Source: Candidatus Liptonbacteria bacterium (lineage in GTDB: Bacteria > Patescibacteriota > Minisyncoccia > UBA6257 > 2-01-FULL-56-20). From it: DNA of 62,631 nucleotides. Shown here in pieces: positions 13,794 through 22,855 of the stretch. Within the stretch, counting starts at the first letter, position 1, and each line of letters begins with the position of its first letter. A model generated the notes under the pieces. That model was given only the letters and a program-made list of their open reading frames with translations. It had not been told where the DNA came from and searched no databases. The translations under genes were made by a program, and so were the position numbers. The DNA lies in the NCBI GenBank assembly GCA_016182105.1, contig JACOXZ010000010.1, positions 1-62,631 of the forward strand. The letters run 5' to 3'.

Positions 13794-15301
13794 TGGCTCA
13801 TATCTTAAAACAAATGTTTAAAAAGGTAAAGTTGTTTCTTTTTGAAAATCGGACGCTTCGCCAGACGATTGCTAAAAATACTTTCTGGCTCACGGTCTCG
13901 AACGTCGGCGGCAGACTACTCAGAGCCGTAATCATCATCTATGCCGCGCGAGTCTTGGGAGCGAGCGGCTGGGGCGTTTTCTCTTACGCCATAGGGCTTG
14001 TAGCATTTTTGACAATCCTTGCTGATTTCGGGATCAATCCCGTTCTCATCAAGGAGACAGCGCGAACCAACGACCCTGTCCGACGAGCCAAAATTATTTC
14101 CACCTCATTTTTTTCCAAGCTAGCCCTAATCTTTCTCGGCATCCTTATCGTTATTTTCATTGGCCCCCAATTAAGCAGAATAGAAGAAGCAAAGACTATC
14201 CTTCCTTTAATTTCCCTGGTTCTGCTTTTTGATGTGCTTCGAGAATTTGGCTCTTCCATAATTAAAGCTCTTGAAAAAATGGAGGTTGACGCCCAGCTTT
14301 ACCTCCTTACTAATCTGGCTGTTGTGGCTTTCGGCTTCACCTTCCTTAAAGTTTCTCCAACCGTTCGCTCATTCAGTTACGCTTATGTCTTTGGCACGGC
14401 TTTAGGCGCCTCAGCAACATTTTACGTCTTACGAAAACAATTTCAGGGCCTTTTCTCTAATTTTACTGCCAAGCTTTTAAAACCAATCTTTACCTCAGCC
14501 TGGCCATTTGCGATCTCGGCGGTTTTAAGCGGACTCATGATCAACACCGATATTTTAGTGATCGGCTTCTTCAAATCAGCTGAAGATGTGGGATTTTACT
14601 CGGCGGCGCTCCGGCCAATCCAGCTCTTTTACTTATTACCTTCCATCATTGCCACAAGCGTCTTCCCGGCCTTCGCGCGACTGGCTAAAAAAGAAGATGA
14701 AAAACTCCGCCGAGTCCTCGAACGACTCATGGGCCTGACTTTTCTTATCTCAATTCCTCTCGCAATTTTCGGGGTGATCCTCGGCTCGGAGATTATGACC
14801 TTTCTTTTTGGCCAAAGCTATCATGGGGGCGTTTCTTCATTTCAGATTCTCACGCTTACCATGCTTATAAACTTCCCGGCGGTAATTTTAAGCAACGCGA
14901 TCTTCGCTTACGACCGGCAGAAATCCTTGGCTATCTTTGCCGCAGTCGGCGGGATTTCCAATTTAATTTTTGATTTTCTCTTGATACCTTTCTTTGGAAT
15001 TGTTGGCTCGGCCTGGGCCACGTTTGGCGCCCAGTTCTTAAGCAATGCTTACCTCTGGCGAACAATGAAAAAAATAAATGATTTTCGAATTTTGAGTTCT
15101 CTTAAGAAAATCTTTATCGCTTCCCTCTTTATGGCTGGAGTCGTCTTACTCCTTAAGATTTCTGACTTCCATCTTTTGGGAATTCTTGCCTTTTCTTCAA
15201 TTAGCTACCTTATTGCCATTCTTTATTTAAAAGAACCTCTCCTTAAAGAAATAAAATTGACTCTTCGGCCCGTTACGAACGGAGAAATACAAAAGTTCTA
15301 A
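13784..15301 (+). CDS. Wzx-like polysaccharide flippase (MOP superfamily)
   Basis: 505 aa and polytopic. RQTIAKNTFWLTVSNVGGRLLRAVIIIYAARVLG. The real start may be the downstream MFKK. Confidence 0.8.
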   Translation: MPSLAHILKQMFKKVKLFLFENRTLRQTIAKNTFWLTVSNVGGRLLRAVIIIYAARVLGASGWGVFSYAIGLVAFLTILADFGINPVLIKETARTNDPVRRAKIISTSFFSKLALIFLGILIVIFIGPQLSRIEEAKTILPLISLVLLFDVLREFGSSIIKALEKMEVDAQLYLLTNLAVVAFGFTFLKVSPTVRSFSYAYVFGTALGASATFYVLRKQFQGLFSNFTAKLLKPIFTSAWPFAISAVLSGLMINTDILVIGFFKSAEDVGFYSAALRPIQLFYLLPSIIATSVFPAFARLAKKEDEKLRRVLERLMGLTFLISIPLAIFGVILGSEIMTFLFGQSYHGGVSSFQILTLTMLINFPAVILSNAIFAYDRQKSLAIFAAVGGISNLIFDFLLIPFFGIVGSAWATFGAQFLSNAYLWRTMKKINDFRILSSLKKIFIASLFMAGVVLLLKISDFHLLGILAFSSISYLIAILYLKEPLLKEIKLTLRPVTNGEIQKF

Positions 15302-15311
15302 CAATTAACCT

Positions 15312-16142
15312 TCAGGGTCTCGAGAAAAAATTTTTTTTGAGTTTCGAGAGAATCGGGTTAGTAAATCGCCTCAAGACATAAGGAAGGCAGGAGTAAAGAT
15401 AATAGGTGAACGCCAAAAAAAGGGCGGGGTTATAATTCGGGTATTTATTTTTGTAGCGGCGCACGATTTTCAAGGCCGAATAAGCCGTCCCTTTCTGTTT
15501 TGAAAAAGAGCTGCCGCGGCCCCACATTAAGTAATAAACGAAATATTCTTGGAAATTGTGGAGTTTGCCGGCCAAGCCCAGCTTCAGCCAAAAATCCCAG
15601 TCAGCGAACTCCGGCAAGGTTTCATCATAAAAACCGGTTTTCTCGGCCGTTTTCCGTCTAAAGAGCGAGGTTGAATTAACCATTGGATTCGCAATCAGCG
15701 CTCGCTTTTTAATATCTTCGTCCATTTCTGGTTTAAAGAAACGTCCGCCTTCGCGGCCGTCTTTATCAATAACGATAAAACCGCCGCCGCAGCCAACGTA
15801 TTCCGGATTTTTATCAAGAAATTCAACTTGTTTTTTTAGCTTTTCTTCACTTGCCCACGAATCGTCATCGTCAAGAATGGCGATGTATTCCCCTTTTGCC
15901 TGTTTTAAGCCAAAATTAGAGACTACGGCTATTCGGCCAACGTGCTCTCGCCTAAAATAGCGGATTCGGATTTCTTTTTTTGCCCACTCCTTGACCACAC
16001 GTTCGGTGGCGTCAGTTGAACCGTCGTCAACAACAATAATTTCCCAATCTCGGAAAGTCTGTTCAATAACACTCTCGATCGCGCGGCCGATAAGCTGGGC
16101 GCGGTTCCAAGTGACGATTAAGACGCTGACTTTGGGTGACAT
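15312..16142 (-). CDS. glycosyltransferase family 2
   Basis: VSVLIVTWNRAQLIGRAIESVIEQTFRDWEIIVVDDGSTDAT. Confidence 0.9.
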   Translation of the reverse strand: MSPKVSVLIVTWNRAQLIGRAIESVIEQTFRDWEIIVVDDGSTDATERVVKEWAKKEIRIRYFRREHVGRIAVVSNFGLKQAKGEYIAILDDDDSWASEEKLKKQVEFLDKNPEYVGCGGGFIVIDKDGREGGRFFKPEMDEDIKKRALIANPMVNSTSLFRRKTAEKTGFYDETLPEFADWDFWLKLGLAGKLHNFQEYFVYYLMWGRGSSFSKQKGTAYSALKIVRRYKNKYPNYNPALFLAFTYYLYSCLPYVLRRFTNPILSKLKKNFFSRP

Positions 16143-16172
16143 TGAAACTCAGAGTAGCAGAAAAAACTTTAT

Positions 16173-16201
16173 TTGACAAAAATTAGAAGCTATGATAAGA
16201 T
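16173..16201 (+). promoter_or_regulatory. sigma70-type promoter
   Basis: TTGACA-17 nt-TAAGAT upstream of the 16247 ORF. Confidence 0.6.
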
Positions 16202-16246
16202 AGGGGAAGTTCTTTAAAAACTGAGAACTTTAACATAGGAGAGGTC

Positions 16247-16408
16247 ATGCTAACATCAATATTTCATAGCCCAATTTTCTGGGTTGTTACTAGTATTTGT
16301 GTCGTGATTCTCGCGATAGTCGTCTACTCAGCTTGTGTTCTCGGCGGCCGAGCAGATGACGCCTCGGAACGTCAGCTCCACAATGCCGTGAGAAAGAACG
16401 GCAAGTAA
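16247..16408 (+). CDS. small membrane protein (53 aa; not in ORF track)
   Basis: AGGAGAGG RBS. MLTSIFHSPIFWVVTSICVVILAIVVYSACVLGGRADDASERQLHNAVRKNGK*. Confidence 0.45.
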   Translation: MLTSIFHSPIFWVVTSICVVILAIVVYSACVLGGRADDASERQLHNAVRKNGK

Positions 16409-16449
16409 CACTTGCCAAAACCAAAAACCCTTATTAAAAAGGAGGGGGA

Positions 16450-16692
16450 ATGTACCCATTATTCAAACTCATCGACAAGGCCGCCACCTGGTTCATAGGT
16501 ATCGTGCCAGTCGAAATCAACGTCGCGGTATTCATTATCATGCTGGTGTTGCTGTTCTTCATCCGGAAGCTGGTGCGGCAAGAGGAAGCTCCAAAGCGGT
16601 CGTCCGGTCACCAAGAACGGGTGAAGTACTCGTGTTCATCCCGAATGGTATCGTCGCGAAAGGTACTAGTATCGGAGACGGCGATAAGATAA
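16450..16692 (+). CDS. hypothetical membrane protein (possibly frame-disrupted; see findings)
   Basis: AAGGAGGGGGA-ATG RBS and one TM helix. A second frame stays open to 16763. Confidence 0.4.
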   Translation: MYPLFKLIDKAATWFIGIVPVEINVAVFIIMLVLLFFIRKLVRQEEAPKRSSGHQERVKYSCSSRMVSSRKVLVSETAIR

Positions 16693-16780
16693 TTATTGCC
16701 ATGCAAGACAACATGTACTTCATCGGCGAACCGCCGGAGGCCTACGCCGGAACCAAAGAATGAATCTCGTACGCCTTAAA

Positions 16781-16815
16781 AGCCCCTATCTTTTCTAAGA
16801 TACGGGGCTTTTTAT
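16781..16815 (+). terminator. rho-independent terminator
   Basis: AGCCCCTATC...GATACGGGGCT followed by TTTTAT. Confidence 0.7.
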
Positions 16816-16824
16816 TACTTATAT

Positions 16825-16853
16825 TTGACAAAAAACTTCGCTGATATTATAAT
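16825..16853 (+). promoter_or_regulatory. consensus sigma70 promoter
   Basis: TTGACA-17 nt-TATAAT. Confidence 0.75.
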
Positions 16854-16914
16854 TTAGCCGCAATTTTACAAGTGAATAAGATTTAAGCGCAAATCATAAA
16901 CGAAAGGAGATGTA

Positions 16915-17355
16915 ATGAACGGACAGGTACTCGCGCTCCTCGCGTTATCAGCACTCTGCTTTACCTCATGGCCTTTTCTCATGAGCCAGAGCCGGCTGCA
17001 CTATGTGATTGCGGCGTTCATCTTGAATGCCATATCGGCAATCGTATTTATGCCGTTCCTTAAAGAAGCCGCGCGCAACAGCAGCTTCACAAAAACGGCG
17101 ATCCTCTGGGGACTGGGTGCGGGGCTCTTAAACGGCCTTGGTCACTATTTCTACCAACAGGTAGTCGCAGGGCCAACTGAACCGTCGCGATACATCACCG
17201 TAGTCCTGGTAATGATGGTGGTGATCGCCGTTGGCATTTCGTTCGGCTTAAGCCTTACGACCCTACAGGCGCACGCCACAGAACCGTTCACGGTGAAGAA
17301 AATCATCGGGGCACTTTTTGCGATTTTTGCGATCGTGCTCTTAACACAAAAATGA
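16915..17355 (+). CDS. small 4-5 TM membrane protein (DMT/EamA-half-like)
   Basis: 146 aa and hydrophobic throughout, with an AAAGGAGA RBS. No specific motif recognised. Confidence 0.5.
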   Translation: MNGQVLALLALSALCFTSWPFLMSQSRLHYVIAAFILNAISAIVFMPFLKEAARNSSFTKTAILWGLGAGLLNGLGHYFYQQVVAGPTEPSRYITVVLVMMVVIAVGISFGLSLTTLQAHATEPFTVKKIIGALFAIFAIVLLTQK

Positions 17356-17367
17356 AAGTAGGAAAGA

Positions 17368-18234
17368 ATGGAAGAAAACAATATTGTTGTAACGCAACAA
17401 CCTGGAGGCATATGTACTGCAGCTGGCGGAACCAGAAAAACCGTAAAACTCTCAAGACCGTGGCAAACCCGAATTAAAATAAACCCTGAAACGTGTCCAT
17501 TTGAGAAACCGGAAGAACAGGAGATCGTAAAAACATACGATTTCGGCGGCGTTTGGATGAGGCTGAAAAACCTCTACACGCCGTTCCCCTACCACGAACT
17601 CATCGTCCCAGAAACATGCTGGGACGAAGAACGACTACGTTCCTTAGGCGGAATAGTAGAACTTGTTACGGCCCTCGACATTGCCGTTAAAGTAATCGAG
17701 GAGCGTAGCGAGAACAAGATTATTATGGGCGTCCACGTCGGCCCACTCGCTGGTCAAAATCAGGGACATCTTCATTATCACCTACTCTCGCCCGACCTCG
17801 CCAAAGATGAATCTCCCCTTCTACTTGGTGGCCGAGCAAGTGAGGATGAAGTTCACGGGTATACCCAAAGCAACGAACACCTTACTATCCTTGAGTCAAG
17901 CGGTGTCAAGGTGGTGGCTGGAGGACATCGAGTCGGTCAATGTTTCCTTGTCCCTAAAGAACCTTTTGCTGGAATTACGGCTTCGGGTTCGCTGGGAGAA
18001 AGCCTGAGTCGAGTGATCGATCTTTACGCCGAGCGATTCCGGAGTACTGAGGGGTTCGCACCTGATTACATGATCGGCCTGATGTTTCGAGAGAAAAAAT
18101 TCCGCTACGGATTTTATCTCCCGATCTTGAACCACTGGGGTACAACCGAGTATTTCGCCCTTTTTGGTGAAGAACCGGTGATCCTCCCGTGGTCGCATGA
18201 AGTGACTGTAGGGCATCTACAGAGAAATCAATAG
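17368..18234 (+). CDS. HIT-superfamily, GalT-like nucleotidyltransferase/phosphorylase
   Basis: 288 aa. GQNQGHLHYHLL (HxHxH-type histidine triad) and an upstream ETCPF motif. Two-lobed length similar to GalT-type enzymes. Confidence 0.55.
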   Translation: MEENNIVVTQQPGGICTAAGGTRKTVKLSRPWQTRIKINPETCPFEKPEEQEIVKTYDFGGVWMRLKNLYTPFPYHELIVPETCWDEERLRSLGGIVELVTALDIAVKVIEERSENKIIMGVHVGPLAGQNQGHLHYHLLSPDLAKDESPLLLGGRASEDEVHGYTQSNEHLTILESSGVKVVAGGHRVGQCFLVPKEPFAGITASGSLGESLSRVIDLYAERFRSTEGFAPDYMIGLMFREKKFRYGFYLPILNHWGTTEYFALFGEEPVILPWSHEVTVGHLQRNQ

Positions 18235-18239
18235 AATAT

Positions 18240-18270
18240 AAGCCGTACGACTTCGTACGGCTTATTTTTT
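18240..18270 (+). terminator. rho-independent terminator
   Basis: AGCCGTACG-ACTTC-CGTACGGCT followed by TATTTTTT. Confidence 0.7.
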
Positions 18271-18293
18271 AGTTTTTCTATAAGATCATGCCC

Positions 18294-19058
18294 TTAGAAC
18301 ATCTGGGGCTGTTTCGAATACCATTGCTTAGCGAACTCATAACGCTCTGGAGAGCCAATATCTAGGGTGTCTCCTGGCGAAAGGAATCCGTAAAGCTTAT
18401 TGCCGGATCCAAGCAGCGCGGGAATAATTTCCGAATCCAAGCTTTTGGACGTATTTGGAGGAATAAAATCTAAAACTCTTTTTGAAATCACATATAAACC
18501 TGAGTTGGCAAAAAGCTTGCTGTTTAATTCATTAATGTGGTGGGGGCGAAAATGCCATTTTATAATTTGGTTATTTTTAGTATGGATTTCTGCAATATCT
18601 ACATTTTGGAGATTATCTGATTTGTTAAGGATAACGGTAAGTATAGAATTTCTATCTTGATGAAATTTTAGAATTGGACGAAAGTCTGTAAAGTGAACTA
18701 TGTCGCCGTATGCAAGTAAAAAAGTATCTGACAGGGATGGGGCAGCTTTTTTTATGGCTCCAGCAGTGTTTAATAAAAGATTAGTTTCATCGCTGTAAGA
18801 AATATTGACTCCTAAGCGAATGCCGTCTCCAAAGTACGATGTAATCTTCTCTGGTGAATAGTGAAGATTGATAATAAATTGGTTGAATCCCTGGTTTCTA
18901 AGTAGTCGGATGGTATGTTCTAGAAGAGGAAGTTTGTCTGCAATGGGCATCATGACCTTAGGGAGACCGTTAGCAACAGAACTTAGACGAGTACCAAGAC
19001 CAGCACCTAAAATCATAACTTTATATTTGGAGTAGTCGATCTGGATTTCGGGATTCAT
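18294..19058 (-). CDS. sugar-1-phosphate nucleotidyltransferase
   Basis: MILGAGLGTRLSSVANGLPKVMMPI. AT-rich. Confidence 0.8.
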   Translation of the reverse strand: MNPEIQIDYSKYKVMILGAGLGTRLSSVANGLPKVMMPIADKLPLLEHTIRLLRNQGFNQFIINLHYSPEKITSYFGDGIRLGVNISYSDETNLLLNTAGAIKKAAPSLSDTFLLAYGDIVHFTDFRPILKFHQDRNSILTVILNKSDNLQNVDIAEIHTKNNQIIKWHFRPHHINELNSKLFANSGLYVISKRVLDFIPPNTSKSLDSEIIPALLGSGNKLYGFLSPGDTLDIGSPERYEFAKQWYSKQPQMF

Positions 19059-19063
19059 TTTTA

Positions 19064-19789
19064 TTAATTAATACTTTTCAGATAATTCTCAACTTCATTG
19101 ATTTTCTCGATCGTGTCAATCCCCTTCGAATACTCCCTGCACCCATAGCCGTAGAAATTCTTCCCAGCCGCGACAACTTCGGGAAGAAGTTCCTTGCCAA
19201 TTTCATAAAAAGTGTCTTCGGGTATAAAAGAGAGTATCTCTTTTTTAAGGATGAAGACGCCGCGCATACGATGCGCATTGGAATATTTCTCCGTATGTGG
19301 CTTAGAATGGATCTTAATGAATTTCATATCCGCATCGAGCTCAACCACGTCAGCATCAGCGTAGGAATCAGTCAGTTCGGTGCGCTGCATGCCAATCGGG
19401 TCTTTCTTTTTACGAAACGCCTCACTCATCTTTGTATAATCAACCAAACTTAGCATATCGCCGTAGATGACATAAAACTCGTCTCCGATGGTCGGCTCAA
19501 AATTTTTGAGCCCCCCAGCTGTTCCCAAAATCGTCTGCTCAAACGAATAGTGGATGCGTACACCAAACCTCGACCCATCGCCGAAGTAATTCATGATTAC
19601 ATCCGGCAGGTGATGTAGGTTCACGAAAAACTCCCGCACCCCGTGGCGCTTGAAGTACCGAATGTTCCACTCGAGCATCGGTTTTCCTAAAAGCGGAATC
19701 ATGGGCTTGGGAATGGTATCGGTCAGGGGCTTAAGCCGAGTTCCGAGGCCGGCGCAAAGAATCACGGCTTGGGTGATTTTATTTGGCAT
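19064..19789 (-). CDS. sugar-1-phosphate nucleotidyltransferase (HddC-like; heptose-1-P guanylyltransferase candidate)
   Basis: AVILCAGLGTRLKPLTDTIPKPMIPLLGKPMLEW. Adjacent to gmhB and a GmhA-like gene. Confidence 0.75.
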   Translation of the reverse strand: MPNKITQAVILCAGLGTRLKPLTDTIPKPMIPLLGKPMLEWNIRYFKRHGVREFFVNLHHLPDVIMNYFGDGSRFGVRIHYSFEQTILGTAGGLKNFEPTIGDEFYVIYGDMLSLVDYTKMSEAFRKKKDPIGMQRTELTDSYADADVVELDADMKFIKIHSKPHTEKYSNAHRMRGVFILKKEILSFIPEDTFYEIGKELLPEVVAAGKNFYGYGCREYSKGIDTIEKINEVENYLKSIN

Positions 19790-20375
19790 TACTGATAATT
19801 TTTATCGCCTGACTTAGGTTCTTGACTAAAAAATCGGGTCGAATGTGCTTGTATTTTAGGTCTTCACGAGAACCAGGCCCAGTTTTAACTAGGATTGTTT
19901 TGAGGCTTGCTCGCTTACCGGCCACAACATCGATTAATCCATCACCAATGATATAGCTTTGTTTGGGATTGATTCTGTATTTTTTAAGCGCCTTAAGAAT
20001 CATTCCCGGCTCGGGCTTGCGACACGAGCACGCGAGGCGATATCTCCTCATGTCGGCGTTCGGATGATGGGGGCAGAAGTAAACGGCATCCACGCTAGCG
20101 CCCTTTGTCTTGAGCCGCCGAACTAAGACCGCATGAATCCGATCAATCTCCTTAGGGGTCGCGAGGCCGCGCGCGATGACCGGCTGATTAGTGATAACAA
20201 CAACGAGAAATCCTAGTTTGTTAAAAGCTCGGATCGCCCGTGCCACGTACGGCAGGAACTTCAAATCCGCGATGCGCCGCATGAGTTCCACGTGGCGGAT
20301 AATGGTTCCGTCCCGATCCAAAAAGATAGCTCGGAGTTTCCTTAACTTACGCTCGTGCCTCCCAGGGACTCCCAT
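19779..20375 (-). CDS. gmhB: D,D-heptose 1,7-bisphosphate phosphatase (HAD-IIIA)
   Basis: AIFLDRDGTI...CPHHP...CSCRKPEPGM...IGDGLIDV. The start was chosen at an internal Met (the track ORF extends to 20423) and is uncertain. Confidence 0.8.
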   Translation of the reverse strand: MGVPGRHERKLRKLRAIFLDRDGTIIRHVELMRRIADLKFLPYVARAIRAFNKLGFLVVVITNQPVIARGLATPKEIDRIHAVLVRRLKTKGASVDAVYFCPHHPNADMRRYRLACSCRKPEPGMILKALKKYRINPKQSYIIGDGLIDVVAGKRASLKTILVKTGPGSREDLKYKHIRPDFLVKNLSQAIKIISNAK

Positions 20376-20959
20376 TTTCCTTTTTGAGATTGAAACTTCG
20401 GGTGCGAGACAATCAAGTGCCAAATCACTGCCTGAAAGGCCTCGGTGTGCGGGGTGACGTTCTCGCTGTTTATCACAGGCACCACGACGCAGGCATCAGC
20501 GACCTGTTTCGTGTATCCCCCGTCGCGTCCCACCACTCCCAAAATCTTTGCGTGAACCTGCTTAGCGAGTTTTAGGGCCTCTACGATATTCATGCTGACA
20601 TTTTTCTCGGCGTGTCCCCCGCCAACCGAAAAAACAAGAATCGCATCTTTATTGTTGAGATTGCTGCCTTCAAGCCACTTCGCAAACACGGTGTCCCATC
20701 CTTCGTCGTTCACGCGCGCGGTGAGTTCGGCGACATTATCGACCGGGGTATAGGCTTCGATGCCGGCCAGCTTCCTGAAATCGTTTACGGCGTGGCTCGC
20801 ATGCCCTGCTCCGCCGCCCACGCCCAAAATAAAGAGCCTACCTTTTTGCTCGCGGACGCCATTTAAAATCTCAATGACGCGATGAATCGAGCCTTGGTCA
20901 ATCTTGTCGATGATGGCTTTGGCTTCGTTCAGATAACTCTTAATATAGTCCTTATACAT
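20342..20959 (-). CDS. SIS-domain sugar-phosphate isomerase (GmhA-like)
   Basis: RLFILGVGGGAGHASHAVNDFRK...ILVFSVGGG SIS motifs. Confidence 0.75.
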   Translation of the reverse strand: MYKDYIKSYLNEAKAIIDKIDQGSIHRVIEILNGVREQKGRLFILGVGGGAGHASHAVNDFRKLAGIEAYTPVDNVAELTARVNDEGWDTVFAKWLEGSNLNNKDAILVFSVGGGHAEKNVSMNIVEALKLAKQVHAKILGVVGRDGGYTKQVADACVVVPVINSENVTPHTEAFQAVIWHLIVSHPKFQSQKGKWESLGGTSVS

Positions 20960-21687
20960 TACGATTCATATAGGGTGTAGCCGACTTTTTGACCGTCTTC
21001 GTAGAACATTTTCACGGTTTCGATTGAAAGCTCACGATGATCGTAACCGACCATGCCAGTTTTCTTTAAAATTTCGCTGGTCACCGTAATTATGTCGACG
21101 CCAATCTCTTCGGCCTGGTAGATATTCAATAACTCTCGACTGCTTGCCCAGAGCAATTCGAATTTTGGATAAGGCAAAAGGATTTCTTTGGCTTTCTTCA
21201 TAATAGGCATGGGGTCTACACCTGTGTCAGCAATACGTCCGGCAAAGACCGAGACAATGGCTGGAATTTTAGGATTAAGAAATCGAGAAACTGTTTCGAC
21301 TTGCGGCAAGGTTAAAATGGCGGTTACATTCAGTTTTATGCACTGGGAGGATAGTTTTTTTATGAGCTCACCTGAAGATTCGCTGCGGGTGTTAGTGACC
21401 GGGATTTTGACATAGACATTTTCCGCCCATGAATTAATGATTCTCGCCTGCCGCTCCATCTCGTTGAATTCGTCGGAGAAAACCTCGAAAGAGATGGGCT
21501 TGTCTTTTATTTTTCCCAAAACCGATTTGGCAAACCCGACATAGTCGGTTATGCCGGCCTTACGCATCAATGTCGGGTTAGTCGTAAAACCTTTTATGAT
21601 AGGCTCTGCCGCGAGGTCAATCATTGTCTGCGCCTCTGCTCCGTCTGCGAAAATCTTCACCTTTAGCTCATGGGTTGGCTTTACCAT
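20959..21687 (-). CDS. transaldolase / fructose-6-phosphate aldolase family
   Basis: KIFADGAE...GFTTNPTLMRKAG...VYVKIPVT (Schiff-base Lys context). Confidence 0.85.
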   Translation of the reverse strand: MVKPTHELKVKIFADGAEAQTMIDLAAEPIIKGFTTNPTLMRKAGITDYVGFAKSVLGKIKDKPISFEVFSDEFNEMERQARIINSWAENVYVKIPVTNTRSESSGELIKKLSSQCIKLNVTAILTLPQVETVSRFLNPKIPAIVSVFAGRIADTGVDPMPIMKKAKEILLPYPKFELLWASSRELLNIYQAEEIGVDIITVTSEILKKTGMVGYDHRELSIETVKMFYEDGQKVGYTLYES

Positions 21688-21730
21688 TGCTCTTGATATT
21701 ATCTAAAGAGTGCTTTTATGTCAAAGAAAT

Positions 21731-22741
21731 TCACGGCCTCAAGTTCACAACTTTTTTAGATTTAGAAGACTCGTAAATCGCCTCAATAATTTTATTTGCC
21801 GCAAGACCGTCATTGGCGTCGCCGATAATTTTTTCTTTGCCGCTTACCGCTCCCAGAAAATTTCTCCACTCATCTTCCCAACTTGAGTCTTTTAGGAATT
21901 CCAGAGTCTCTATGTCCGGAACCCCGAACTCTGGCTTTCTCTTTCCTATGGTTAAAGTCTCTGGGCCGTAACTCTTTCCTAGACCTTGAACGGCCAAAAA
22001 TCCCTTATCCCCAAAAGCTTCAAAAGAAAAAATGTTCTTCCAGTTGGTGGTACTCACATGAAAAGAAGCAGTAGTGTTTTTGTTTCTCAAAATTACAAAA
22101 GCGTTGTCTTCAAGATCGGTGTTCCAAAATTTCGTTTCGGCAATGCCATAAACCTCATCAAATTCACCAGCGAACCAGCGGCACAAATCGATGAGATGAA
22201 CTCCTTGATCCAAAAGCTCTCCGCCTCCGGAGATGTCTTTATTGAAACGCCACTCTTTTTCCATTCCAAGCCGTCCGCCGTGACCGTAGCGCCCGCGAAT
22301 AAAAAGAATCTTCCCGATAAGCCCTTCGTCAAAAAGTTGTTTCGCCTTAAAGATCGCCGGGTGGAACCGATGATTGAACCCGACTTTGACGATACGTCCG
22401 CTCCCTTCCGCCGCGTGATAAAGCTTCTCGGCTTCTTGGGCATTTTTCCCGAATGGCTTCTCCGCAAGAATATGCTTTCCGTTTTCAAGCGCCTTTAGGG
22501 CAATGGGCAGAAGAAATTTATTTGGAACGGCAATGATTACGATATCTATATCCTTCGAAGCGACGAGGTCTTCCCATCTCTCAAAAATTTGAGAGTGGTG
22601 ATCCTTGGAAAACTCCAGGGCTTTTTTCCTATCAATATCGCTTACAGCGACTAAAACTGCGCCTCCCACGTTCTCTATCACCTCAGCCCGCTTCCCGCCA
22701 ATAAGACCGGCTCCGACAATGCCAACGCGGATAGTTCTCAT
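21731..22741 (-). CDS. Gfo/Idh/MocA-family NAD(P) oxidoreductase
   Basis: IRVGIVGAGLIGGKRAE...ILAEKPF. Confidence 0.85.
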   Translation of the reverse strand: MRTIRVGIVGAGLIGGKRAEVIENVGGAVLVAVSDIDRKKALEFSKDHHSQIFERWEDLVASKDIDIVIIAVPNKFLLPIALKALENGKHILAEKPFGKNAQEAEKLYHAAEGSGRIVKVGFNHRFHPAIFKAKQLFDEGLIGKILFIRGRYGHGGRLGMEKEWRFNKDISGGGELLDQGVHLIDLCRWFAGEFDEVYGIAETKFWNTDLEDNAFVILRNKNTTASFHVSTTNWKNIFSFEAFGDKGFLAVQGLGKSYGPETLTIGKRKPEFGVPDIETLEFLKDSSWEDEWRNFLGAVSGKEKIIGDANDGLAANKIIEAIYESSKSKKVVNLRP

Positions 22742-22853
22742 CCCGTTAGAAGCAGATCGCGATCTAGGCGAATCTGCAGATTTATTTTATCGTAATGACT
22801 ATACATTGATTGATATTCAGAGTTTTTGCAACGAGATCGCGGCTTCTAACGGG
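22742..22853. repeat. stop/start-bridging inverted-repeat element, copy 1 (112 bp)
   Basis: CCCGTTAGAAGCAGATCGCGATC...GATCGCGGCTTCTAACGGG. It fills the whole gap between the stop at 22856-22858 and the start at 22741. Confidence 0.85.
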
Positions 22854-22855
22854 AC

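Noticed and set aside
21883-22498. Plus- and minus-strand alternative-frame ORFs within 21731-22741
   Set aside because: They overlap a well-supported Gfo/Idh/MocA oxidoreductase gene and have low-complexity translations.
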